The translations under genes and the position numbers were made by a program. The notes under the pieces are model-generated. The model was not told where the DNA came from, did no database searches, and saw only the letters and a list, made by a program, of their open reading frames with translations. From positions 63,674,001 to 63,738,000 of the forward strand of contig OX597831.1 of assembly GCA_951406725.2 (NCBI GenBank): a stretch of DNA of 64,000 bases. Direction: 5' to 3'. This stretch comes from Octopus vulgaris. Taxonomy: Eukaryota. Of the stretch, positions 11,716-23,363 are shown one piece after another (within the stretch, counting starts at the first letter, position 1; the number at the start of each line of letters is the position of its first letter).

Positions 11716-13112
11716 AGACTGCAATGGTCAGATCAGGAAAATGCTATTTTATATAGAATAACTTAAATAGAATAACATTACAATTGCTCTCTAAAAACAT
11801 TTTTTTTGTGTGTCTTTGACAGAATCTTCAGGTATTATATGCTATGACACTTAATTTTTTTCTTTTAAAATTTAAAAAAGAAAAGATCAAATTTATTTCC
11901 CCCCACTTCCAGTTGTATTATATGTTACCATTCAGAAATATTACAAATGAAAAAAAAATTAGTACTATTGCTGTCTAAGTAAGTCTAGTACCAGATAATG
12001 AGAAAAAAAAATCAAATGTGAGTAGTGTGTAGATGGAGAACATAACAACATATCACTGCTGCTTTGATATGAATGAACTTGATGAAAACTAGAAAAACTT
12101 AAATGCATTTAGACAAACTTATTTATATCTAAAGAATTTATCTTGTATTTTTTTTTCTTCTGTATTATACATTATGGCTTCAATAGCTTTCATGTTGGAG
12201 AATAACTGACTTAGGATTCATTCATGGACCATTAGTAATAACTAACGCCTGCAACAATATTCAATGCGTTTTAACAACAAATTTTTTTTTTTATGAGGTG
12301 ATGCTTTTTTTCTCAGATTCTACTTATATACTTTTAGAAATTAAATGGGTTGTTCACTTTCATTTGTTCATGTGTGTGTGTGTGTGTGTGTGTTTTACAT
12401 ACAGTTAGTTTCCACTCTGTAGTTATTTTTGGCTTGCAATATATGATATGCTTTCAAATAGTTACCATTCCTATGAAGATCTTGTTTTAAATAAAAAAAA
12501 TTATACACTCTATCTCTCTCTAGATATATTTTTTATAATGTATTGAGTAATTTATTGAGCTGGAGTCTTCTTGGTGTATATTTAAGAAATACATTGAACA
12601 TTTATGAACCTATATATATTTATACATAAGTTTATATGCTAATCATTATAGACATATACGATATGCCCCAAAATTCATTATTCCCCAAAAAGATTATTTG
12701 TGTATATATGTGTGTGTGTGGGAGGGGTGTATTTATGTATCACATCAGCTTTCAAAATATATACAATATAATATCAAATATATATACAACTCAATAAAAA
12801 TATGTAAAACTATGCAAAGTATATGCAGATAATGAAATACTAATTATGCATCATTATAGTTAACAAGGATTTTCTCGCAACAAAGCAACATTTCATCAGA
12901 TCACATTTTCGTCCATTCATCTATTTTCTGAAAACTACAAAAAATTAGCCTTAAAAGTTTTTAGTACAAGTAATTATTACTAACTGATGGAGATGTCTAT
13001 TCAAATATATATATATATATGTATCTACATACGTATATATGTTTAGTATGATTCAGGTGTAAACTTTCTAATGTACATATAAGAATTTTTAGGTCCTTAT
13101 TTGGCTACCACT

Positions 13113-13325
13113 AAGATGGTGAGCTGGCAGAATCATTAGCACACTGGGCAAGATGCTTACCAGTATTTCATCTCTTTACATTCTGAGTTCAAACTAAACC
13201 AAAATGGACTTTGCCTTTCATCATTTCTGAGTCAATAAAGTAAGTACCAGTTGGATACTGGGCTTCATGTAATTGAGTTACCCCTCCCTCAAAATTGTTG
13301 GTCTTGTGCCAAAACTGGAAACAGT
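13113..13325 (+). mobile_element. SINE family B, old CpG-decayed copy
   Basis: GGTGAGCTGGCAGAATCATTAGC...CTGAGTTCAAA...TTTGCCTTTCATC...AAGTACCAG. Confidence 0.8.
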
Positions 13326-13625
13326 TAGTTGGCAACCACATGTTTCTATAATGGTTTTTTAATATAAGCTCAGCAACTTAAAGCTGGTGTGTGGTGCATA
13401 AACATATGTCAGGATCTACTCTTAAAACCTGTTATCTTCCACTCTAATGCTATATTATCACTGTATATACATACACACACACACACATATATATATACAT
13501 ACATACATACAAATACATATATATATATATATATATACACACAAATATATATATATATATACGAATACATACATACATATTTATATATATATATATATAT
13601 GGAGACAAATACATGCATATATATA

Positions 13626-14268
13626 TCATCATCATCATTTAACGTCTGTTTTAGCCTATAATAATTCACTTGCCAACTAGAAGCCATTTGTACAGGATGC
13701 TAGTAGAGAGAATGATTTTTTTCTATGGGTTGGACGGTTTGACTGAGATCTGGAAAACCAGCGGCTGCACCAGGCTCCAATCTGATATGGCAATGTTTCT
13801 ACAGCTGATATACTTCCTAACGCCAACCCCTTCAAGAGTGTAGTGGGTGCTTTTTACGTGCCACTGGCAAAGGAGCCAGACACATGAGTCTGGCATCGAT
13901 CACATTTGGATAGTGGTTTTTACATGCCACCAGCACAGGAGCCAGTCCGGGGGCACTGGTATCGACCACATTCGGATGATGCATTTTACATGCCACTGGA
14001 TTCGGACCCAGTCAGGGGGCACTTGCCACAGCTACGATCTTGGTTTTCCTTGACTCAACAGGTCTTTCCAAGCATATATCACCTGATGCATCAAAGGTAC
14101 TTTTAAATGGGTCAGACATGCACCACTGGCAACTGCCATGGCTGCAATCTCACTTTAGTTGCTGGGTCTTCTCAATCACAGCATATCTCCAAAGGTCTTG
14201 GTCTCCTGTTATTGCCTCTGTGAGGCCCAACGTTCAAAGGTCATTCTTCACCATCTCTTTCCATGTCA
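13626..14268 (-). mobile_element. RTE-clade LINE 3' end (RT C-terminus, 3' UTR, (GAT)n tail)
   Basis: Minus strand TWKEMVKNDL*TLGLTEAITGDQDLWRYAVIEKTQQLK*; UTR shared with 26485, 55965, 59250. Confidence 0.85.
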
Positions 14269-14524
14269 TTGTTACAATTTTCACGAATACTGAAACTCTC
14301 CATTCTCGAACACTTGTGTTCAAATGTGGCAATATCAAAATGAAACGAAGGATGGATTTCAAGTAAACCTCTCGATGGACAGTCACGAATTTTAGCAAAA
14401 GTTCTTGACCGGAACATCTGCTATGTGGTAGCAGGGTGTGTCAGAAATAGCAGCCAAATCTTTTGGCGGATCCTGTATCTTTTCTAGGTTATTTCACATG
14501 CTTTCAACGAATCTCACATCTTCC

Positions 14525-14571
<47 letters not shown>

Positions 14572-14574
<3 letters not shown>

Positions 14575-14805
14575 GACCACTATCCGAAGTCAGGACGCCA
14601 TGATAGATCGTTAGCTCCTATACGCATTTTTTTCTTTCCTTGTTTCTCTCCTTGTTTTTTTCTGTGTATCTTTCTGTCGAAGAGCGTAGGCTCGTAACGT
14701 AAAAGACTTTTATGTCCTTATTTTCCTGAGTGCTATACTAATACATTTGTTTGTTTGTACACCACCTGCCTTCATCTTTTGTTTATTTTTGTAAACTTTC
14801 CCTTT
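14572..14805 (+). mobile_element. Penelope-like terminal-repeat remnant with degenerate hammerhead-like motif
   Basis: TCTTT-CTGTCGA-AGAGC GTAG GCTC-GTAAC-GTA-AAAGA at 14669-14706, embedded between (TA)n tracts. Confidence 0.5.
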
Positions 14806-15210
14806 ATATATATACATATATATATTACATATACACACACAGATACATATATACAAATACATTTCCATGTATGTGTGTGTATATATATATGCACACACAC
14901 ACACATAAACATGCACATAAGTAGTATTATTAAGTCATTTGGATGATGAGGTTGTGAAAAGCTTGAAACATTAATAGACTTAGTTGTGAGAAAAAACATA
15001 AAGCCCCATGAAAGAGAAATAAAAAAAAAATCTTTATCAGAAAAAGTTAAACTAAAACATATTTCCAAAATAAAATATTGAAAAAAAAAAAAGTTTCATA
15101 TATACATGCATTCACATCCAAAGACACACCCTTATACCCATGCACACATACATGTATACATATGCATACATATACACACACATATATACATATATATGTG
15201 TGCATGTATG

Positions 15211-15255
<45 letters not shown>

Positions 15256-16496
15256 AAAAATATATGCACATACATACACCCATGCACAAACACACATATA
15301 CTCACACAAACATTTATATACATAGTTTATTTTTTGTTTTTTTTATCAATATTCTTATCTTCAAAGGAACATGGAATGTATTTTTGAATAAATCAATGAG
15401 TAATCAATAACTGACTTGTTGGCATTTCTTTTCTACAGAATGACTTCTCCCATTTGTTGAAATGGTTTGGGTTAAAAAAACATGAAATCTAATTAGATAT
15501 CTTTCAGTATGGTAACTTTGTAATGGAATAAATACTTATATTTCTATTTATTTACTTTAAGAATTAAATAGCAGTGCTGAAATATTTCCAATTCATTAAG
15601 ACTGGGTACTGCAGTTTTGATATTATTTTTCTTTTGAATCTAATAGAATGTTTTAAAATATTCTATTAAAATGTTGTTTTGATGATGTCGATTTGTTTTC
15701 ATTTTCTTTTCAATTTTAAAATTTTTATCATTTCTTTTAACTTAATCTCAGATTAGGAGTAATGGTTTTTCTTATTTATTTTTCAGGTAAGGTATAATTT
15801 TTTGGTGGTACTTAATGACTGAAAAACTATTTCGCTTCTTTGAGCTCAAAGAAGTTCTTTTCTATGTGAGAATGAAAAAGAAACAAACACTAACACAAGG
15901 CAAGTATTTTTTTGTAATTTGAAACTGTAATAACTAGAGATAACGCCAATGTTGTAATCATAAAGAATTTGTGTTGCAATTTTGATGTTGGAAACAAGGA
16001 AAAATGTGCATTATTCATCAGAGCCAGCAATCAACTATTTCTTTCTCTTTCTTTTCAACAACTTGGCCTAAATAATCAATTTTATCTGGAACTTTCCATC
16101 TGACATGTCTGACAATGTTGTTAACCTTTTTTGATTTATGAAATAAATTTCGCAACATTTCAGTATGCCAAAATAAATGATTTATTGGTATAGACGAAAC
16201 ATTTTACAGTTATTGATGTCTTGAAATCCAAAGCTATAGGTTCAAATCGTAACTTCAACATTAAGATGTAATTAGTTAGAGCATTTCTGTCTATTTTATG
16301 ATTAATCCCTTCATAAATCAATATGATTTACAGTGCCTCACATTCATAAATCCTGGACTTCTGCTCTAAACTTTTCTCTGTGTCTTCTACAAAACATTTT
16401 AGTATCTTTTACACAATATTTCATTGCTCTGTACTTAACGTTCTTGAGCTACATCCTGTATTAAATATTTCTGTGTCTTGTAACCTAAGATACATA

Positions 16497-16746
16497 TGTG
16501 GAGACGCATGGCTTAGTGGTTAGGGTGTTGAACTCATGATCGTAAGGTTGTGGTTTCGATTCCTGGACCGGGTGATGCGTTGTATTCTTGAGCAAAATAC
16601 ATCATTTCACGTTGCTCCAGTCCACTCAGCTGGCAAAAATGAATAATCCTGCAACGGACTGGCGTTCCGTCCAGGTGGGGAACTTCTGCGCCACTGAAAC
16701 CGGAAAACCGGCCCTTATGAGCTTGGCATGGCTGGAGAAGGAACAT
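16497..16746 (+). mobile_element. SINE family C, tail type 2 (V-domain-like CCTGCRAYGGACYGGCGT.CCRTCCAGG)
   Basis: Head TGTGGAGACGCATGGCTTAGTGG...GGTTTCGATTCC; tail shared with 32681, 35000, 39026. Confidence 0.88.
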
Positions 16747-16894
16747 TTTTTTTTATATATAAGATACATATATCAAGTATTTAACATTCATATGTCCTGT
16801 TTTTTAACATTTCTCTGTCCTATAATTAACATTCATAATACATAATAATATTCTTCTGTTCTGTGCTGTAATTAGCATTCCTATGTCTAGTACT

Positions 16895-17060
16895 CAGGAC
16901 CAGCTCAAGGTAACGGTAACTCAGGCAGTCGCTTGGGGCACCATGTGCTAGGGAGTGCCAAGGAGGTCCTGACAAAGACAAGGAAATTTCCTCGACCATC
17001 AGCTTTTAAAAACTGAAGTTCAGCTTTCCCAGGGCACCAGCAACCCTAGGGGTGGCCCTG
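16895..17060. mobile_element. hAT-type MITE
   Basis: Imperfect TIRs CAGGACCAGCTCAAGG / CCTAGGGGTGGCCCTG; 8-bp TSD CTAGTACT/CTTGTACT. Confidence 0.75.
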
Positions 17061-17156
17061 CTTGTACTCTACATTCTTCTGTATATAACTTTAAATTTAC
17101 ATATCCTGTACAGAACATTCTTGTGCTACATCTTGTAGACAATATTACTGTGCTGT

Positions 17157-17560
17157 GAAGGCAGCGAGCTGGCAGAACCGTTAGCATGCCAGGTGAAATG
17201 CGTATCCGTATTTCGTCTGCCGTTACGTTCTGAGTTCAAATTCCGCTCAAGTCGACTTTGCCTTTCATCCTTTCGGGGTTGATAAATTAAGTACCAGTTA
17301 CGCACTGGAGTCGATGTAATCGACTTAACCCGTTTGTCCCCTCTGTGTTTAGCCCCTTGTGGGTAGTAAAGAAATAGGTATTTCGTCTGCCGTTACCTTC
17401 TGAGTTCAAATTCCGCCGAGGTTGACTTTGCCTTTCATCCTTTCAGGGTCGATAAATTAAGTACCAGTTACGCACTGGGGTCGATGTAATCGACTTAATC
17501 CCTTTTTCTGTCCTTGTTTGTTCCCTCTATGTTTAGCCCCTTGTGGGTAATAAAGAAACA
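17157..17560 (+). mobile_element. SINE family B, dimeric form
   Basis: 16-bp TSD AATATTACTGTGCTGT (17141-17156, 17561-17576); internal restart at ~17378. Confidence 0.93.
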
Positions 17561-17790
17561 AATATTACTGTGCTGTATATTGTACTTAACATCCATATTT
17601 CTTGTAAGCAAATAAATTTCCTTAATAATTTCTTTTTGTAAGTGAACAGATACATTTACTGTGAAATACAGTGCTAGTTGCATGTGTGTTAATTCACTTA
17701 AATCATTTGCATAATTAATAAGCAATCACAGCAAACTAAAATGCGTAGGAGTAAGTTAGTGACTCTGAAATATGCCCCAAAGCCAGTGTT

Positions 17791-18212
17791 TCTCTTTCCT
17801 TTTTTCTCTTTTTACTTGTTTCAGTCATTTGACTGCGGCCATGCTGGAGCACCGCCTTTAGTCGAGCAAATCGACACCGGGACTTATTCTTTGTAAGCCC
17901 AGTACTTATTCTATCGGTCTCTTTTACCGAACCACTAAGTGACGGGGATGTAAACACACCAGCATCGGTTGTCAAGCAATGCTAGAGGAACAAACACAGA
18001 CACACAAACATATACACATACATATATATATATATATATACATATATACGACAGGCTTCTTTCAGTTTCCGTCTACCAAATCCACTCACAAGGCTTTGGT
18101 TGGTCCGAGGCTATAGCAGAAGACACTTGCCCAAGATGCCACGCAGTGGGATTGAACCCGGAACCATGTGGTTGGTTAGCAAGCTACTTACCACACAGCC
18201 ACTCCAGCGCCT
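17791..18212 (-). mobile_element. SINE family A, full length
   Basis: A-box TGGCTGTGTGG and B-box GGTTCAATCCC on the minus strand, CORE-like motif, tail. Confidence 0.92.
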
Positions 18213-18357
18213 GTTTGATACATCATTATTTCTCTTTGATTCTGCTTGAATGTAATGACCAGAAATATGAGTGACATATCTTGCCTTATCAATAGCTTGA
18301 ACAATCCTCATCTGATAAATGCTTGGTCTTAAAATGTCTGTCAAAATGGATACTTAC

Positions 18358-18373
18358 TGAAATTCTCCATTGT
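18358..18373 (-). CDS. Candidate 16-nt microexon (TMENF + 1 nt)
   Basis: Minus strand ttccttacttctattcactatttttttAG-ACAATGGAGAATTTCA-GTAAGTa; strong acceptor and consensus donor; phase-compatible with flanking candidate exons. Confidence 0.35.
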
Positions 18374-18823
18374 CTAAAAAAATAGTGAATAGAAGTAAGG
18401 AATCCTGAATGGGAATGCTGATAAAGATGTGTCTATATTTCCTCATTACTATTCAATTTGACATACTGTTTATCTCTGACCTACTCTTTAGTTCTCTTAA
18501 CTAAGCAATTTTAGATGAGATAACAATGAAACCATGTGTGTGTAATGAGATGGCACAGAATAAGTACAGCCAAGGAAACCTAGCAGAAAGATCAAAAGAA
18601 TGAAATAAAAGTCATTGACAAGCCACTTCAGTGATTAGTTAATTGATAATAAAACTGGAGTGAATGACAAAATCATATTCCCAAAGAGCAACAAAATATG
18701 CGTATGTGTGTGTGCATATTTCTGTGCATATGTATGTGTGTATATGTATATATATTTTTTTTCTCTCTAGTTTCTGCTCTGAGCTGCAGCCATGCTGATG
18801 CACCGCCGTTTAAAAATTTAGCG

Positions 18824-18895
18824 TTCCCATTCCGGGAGTCAAACCCGGGCCACCTGGTTGAAAGCCAGGAATCCTAACCACTAGACCACATGACC
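18824..18895 (-). tRNA. tRNA-Glu(TTC), probably a pseudogene/SINE head
   Basis: GGTCATGTGGTCTAGTGGTTAGGATTCCTGGCTTTCAACCAGGTGGCCCGGGTTTGACTCCCGGAATGGGAA; intact anticodon arm CCTGG-CTTTCAA-CCAGG; broken acceptor stem; T-loop TTTGA; TTTTT follows. Confidence 0.85.
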
Positions 18896-18932
18896 AAATA
18901 CATATATATGTATGTACATATGCATGTATGTA

Positions 18933-18975
<43 letters not shown>

Positions 18976-18994
18976 ATAAGTGTATATATGCATG

Positions 18995-19050
<56 letters not shown>

Positions 19051-19051
<1 letters not shown>

Positions 19052-19265
19052 TTTATTTAAAGCAGCAGAAAATTCTACAAAACCTGTTACTCTGAGTTTC
19101 ACGTTGCCGTTGTAGCAAAAACTGTCCAATGAACGGCAATGCGAAACTCAGAGTAACAGGTTTTGTAGAATTTTCTGCTGCTTTAAATAAAGCATATTAC
19201 TCTACCACTGGTATTTGAGTACTCTTTTTTTCCACCTTGTTTCACATTTATGTGTTTACTCCGGT
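19051..19265 (+). mobile_element. Fold-back element (61-bp inverted arms, 20-nt loop) with hammerhead-like motif; Penelope-like terminal repeat
   Basis: Arms 19051-19111 / 19132-19192 with 2 mismatches; HHR-like topology at 19122-19159. Confidence 0.7.
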
Positions 19266-19268
19266 ATA

Positions 19269-19299
<31 letters not shown>

Positions 19300-19609
19300 C
19301 CCATACTCTGGGATATCCCTAAAACAGCTGTAAAACTGAAATTTTCCCATTAATAATAATGTATATGGCTCGAGATGTTTGCATTGCCTAAACGTTTGTC
19401 ATCTTCTTAAACAATTATATATCCGCTATATTGGAAATCTGCAATGGCTCCATAACTACTGTCTCAGCTATAACCTTGGAGCCCTAGTAATCCATTACAG
19501 CACTTACCTGGCATACCTAATCATTTAGATCACCTGTGAACTAAACCCCCATATTTTGAGTAGTGGGTGCTTTTTACGTGCCACCGGCACAGGGAGCCAG
19601 TTTAGATTT

Positions 19610-20096
19610 TAATTTTGAGGGGAGGTGTATTGGATGACATAGTGCAATTGAGTGGCCAGACGTAATGATCACCAGACTTACGGAAACCTTACATTTTCTT
19701 GTGGGGTGTATTGAAAAATCTTGTTTACTTCCTGAAAACAAAAACCATTACAGAATTAAAACAAACAATTTCTGATTAATTTTCTATAGTTAACATAAAA
19801 GAGTGTCGAAAGATTTGTAGAAGTGTTGATGGTAGTGTTCAGAATTGTACTAAAAACAAAGTGGAGCATTTTGAACATGTTATTTTTTTTTATCATAATG
19901 AATCACGTTACTTTGCTGGAGCAATACTTAATTAAGTTTCTTAAAACTACTACAATTTATTTTCATTATTTCATTTTTTTTGTTTCTTTAACAAATGTAA
20001 TCAATTATGTCTCATAAAAAATTACTACGTTAAACAATTTTTGTGCTATAAGAATTCCTAAATAAAAATGGGCGTTAATTCTGCTGCACTCTGCAT
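19610..20096 (+). mobile_element. Decayed Tc1/mariner (DD37D/DD41D-like) transposase 3' end
   Basis: Remnant motifs WP..SPDL, FLWGVLKNLVY, TITELKQTI and G.HFEH, with frameshifts. Confidence 0.65.
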
Positions 20097-20484
20097 ATAA
20101 AAGTTCTGCAACTGTAGGATGAATTTGATTAGATAAAACATTTAAATAGTCTTGACTATAAATTCTGCCATGAAAGGAAACCATTGTGCCGGCAGATTTC
20201 CAAGATATAGACCCCAAGATTATCACAGATCCTCCTCCATGTTTAACAGTTGGAGGAAGGCAGTCTGGGTCAAATGCTTCTTTTGGCTGTCTCCACATGT
20301 ATACTCGGCCGGTGCTTGGAAATAAGGTAAAGGATGACTCGTCCGAGAAAATAACATTCATCCACTGTTCTAGTGATCACTTCTGTGAGGTTTTACTCCA
20401 CTCTAAACGCTTTGCAACGTTTGTTTTTGAAAGTAGTGGTTTTCTGATTGCAGATCTCCTGTGAAATCTGGCTTTGTGCAGCCC
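20097..20484 (-). mobile_element. Tc1-like transposase internal fragment
   Basis: RKPLL...RLEW...WMNVIFSDESSF...VYMWRQPKE...PTVKHGGGSV: classic Tc1 first catalytic Asp and HGGGS motifs. Confidence 0.88.
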
Positions 20485-20672
20485 GAATATTCTACCTCTT
20501 TTATGTTCAAACTGACCAGATCTGGTGTCTCACACCTACTCTACAATGTCATTCTAAAAATAAACAATCATGTCATCAAAACCTTTGAAATTATAAGATA
20601 ATGCATGATTAATTCAAAACAATGTGAATAAATAAACATTACATTTGACAGAGAAATCTGAATACTAAAGGG
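20485..20672. mobile_element. piggyBac-type MITE, one end only
   Basis: Ends ...CTGAATACTAAAGGG followed by TTAA (20673-20676). Confidence 0.55.
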
Positions 20673-20771
20673 TTAATGTTGTAACAATGGGATTGAATGG
20701 TTTAAATTGTAGGAATTAATGGGGTAGCTTTTACATGGCCATTCACCCTCCCAAATATCCCTCAAATAAAG

Positions 20772-20987
20772 CTCTTTACTCTTTTACTCTTTTACTTGTT
20801 TCAGTCATTTGACTGCAGCCATGCTGGAGCACCACCTTTAGTCGAGCAGATCTACCCCAGGATTTATTCTTTGTAAGCCCAGTACTTATTCTATCGGTCT
20901 CTTTTGCCGAACTGCTAAGCGACAGGGACGTAAACACACCAGCATCGGTTGTCAAGCAATGCTAGGGGGACAAACACAGACACACAA

Positions 20988-21052
<65 letters not shown>

Positions 21053-21218
21053 TACGACAGGCTTCTTTCAGTTTCCGTCTACCAAATCCACTCACAAGGC
21101 ATTGGTCGGCCCGGGGCTATAGCAGAAGACACTTGCCAAAGATGCCATGCAGTGGGACTGAACCCGGAACCATGTGGTTGGTTAGCAAGCTACTTACCAC
21201 ACTGCCACTCCTGCGCCT
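20772..21218 (-). mobile_element. SINE family A, full length
   Basis: Same structure as 17791-18212; appears inserted into an older repeat (~20700-21360). Confidence 0.92.
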
Positions 21219-21682
21219 AACTGTCTTAAACAAAACGCATTGAATAATGTAATTGAAGATATTCCAAAAATAGTAAAACACAAGCTGTCATAGCCAGAAT
21301 GCTTTTGATAATAGTTTTACTCAAATAAGGTTGACCTAACCTGTGGCTAAACAATCACAAACTGTTTTAAAATGTGTTTAAATATTTAAAATTTTTACTT
21401 AAAATATGGTATTTCAACTGTTGTATCAGTTTTGTTAATCAGAAAGCTTGCAGTTCTAAAAATATAAAATATATATATATATAAAGGTGGTGGTGAGAAT
21501 TTGTCAGCTGAGAATGTAATGCTAATTCATTCTTTGGAATGATTTAACAAATTCACGCATTAAAAAATAATACAATTGTATAGTATTTCTTTGATAAAAT
21601 TTGTGGTTTACAATGGATGCAATCAAATAACACAATTGTCAGATTTCTGTCTTTTGTTTGAGAAGTTGCCATTTTAACTCAC

Positions 21683-21778
21683 CTTCTCTAACAAATTTTT
21701 ACTTGATACAATAGGTTTTAACATAAATATGATTATAAGAATACATGCATGTAATATATAGCCTAGCATACAGTCCAT
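21683..21778 (-). CDS. Candidate first coding exon encoding a signal peptide/anchor
   Basis: MDCMLGYILHACILIIIFMLKPIVSSKNLLEK then AAG/GTGAGT donor (21677-21682), phase 0; in-frame upstream ATGs at 21790 and 21847. Confidence 0.4.
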
Positions 21779-23363
21779 ATTTCCGTACATTTCGTTTGTA
21801 ATTGTTCTCACAAGTCTCTTTCCTCCTCTTCCACTCTCTCTTTTCATAAATAGCTGCCATGTTTTTAGGTTCAGTTTGTTGAGCTGCCAATTCCCAAACA
21901 AGAGATAAGATCTCTGGCAGATGTTTTATTTTATTCAGATCAACAAATCTCAGACTACCGTTTCAGAATAAAAGGCAGAAACGTTACTTTGATATTAAAT
22001 TATGTATTCCAGAACACATTTTTCTATACATGAATTGTTACATTAGTCAGTCATGTTTTGCAAGACAAATATATAAACTAAGCTGAAGCAAATATCAAGC
22101 TAGCTTTAATACATCCTCACATTTACGTGTTCAATATTTCTATGTACATCTGCATCTCTGCTGAAGATTTATGTTCTACTTTCTCCACCTTAGATATAAT
22201 TTCATTTACTTCCTAGCATTTTCTTTGCACAAGTAATTTTTGTAAAAATAGTTTCCAAACTCGTCTAGCTTTGTATATTTCCTGCCAAATGTTCAGACCA
22301 GTTTGATGATGCTGCCAAATCGTTGTTCCTTATAAAATGTATTTGATAAAGTTTATAGGATATAACAACAGAATTTGATTATTCATAGTCTAGAGTCTGT
22401 TTCAGAGTGTTGCAGTTTATGAAATAATACTGCATCTATTACATATTTTTTCTACCAATAAGCTGAATAGAAAACATCTGTATTGAGTAGAATGAATTGA
22501 CCAGCATATTTTATTTCCAGACTTGTTCACTTTGTATCTTGAACTAATTATTAGCAAGTTAAACATTTCTGCGGAAATAGATATAAATTGTAATCTATAA
22601 TAGCTTTATTCGTGTGCTTTTGGGAAGAATGTGATTTGATTTACAAAACAGCAAAGTAAAGTGTTAAATCAATAACTCGACTTGATTCATTCATTATTGG
22701 CAGATAACTAATACTTATCTGAAATATACTAACCCAGATACAGGTGAATAATCATGCTATATCTGCACCATTGGCTGATTGATTGAAATGGAATTACACA
22801 TACAATTCTGTATTGTAGGACCTTTATGTACATGTCTGGTTTTGAAAATTGAGATATTTCAGGACAATTGATATCGAACAATATGGGGATTCTTTTGTTA
22901 AGTAGTATAAAAATTTTGTTTACAAGTTAAACTAAATATTTTCTTTGATTAGGTGAATTGATGGGTAAAATATTTTAAAGTTTTTCCCCAAATGGAATTA
23001 GTTGTATCAAAAATCAGATGAGTTCTCTGAACCTCATAAGCATTGAGTATAAAGAAAATATTATTAAAGAACATATGTGTTGAAAGTGGTGACAAAAGAA
23101 ACATTTAAGGCCTTAGTAAATCACACCTCAGTTAAGGGTTCAGCAAAGAACAATTCACTGTTAATCTGCTATACTTCCAGCATCACATAACTTTTTTCTG
23201 TTGATGGGGGTAAAATACTACTTGATACAATGAGATATTCTATACATGTATTAATCTAAATTTAATTTTTCACTACTTAAAATGATATTTACAGGTTAAT
23301 CCTAGAAACATTATAATTTCAAAAAAACTCCTGAAAAACAGCCCATATTGGGTTAAGCCTTAA

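Noticed and set aside
16340-17160. CRISPR-like or coding repeat in the degenerate short repeats here (also ~33080-33340)
   Set aside because: Irregular decayed minisatellite with no constant repeat-spacer structure and no cas genes; eukaryotic context
18824-18895. Functional tRNA-Glu gene
   Set aside because: Acceptor stem has three mismatches and the T-loop is altered; kept only as a probable pseudogene
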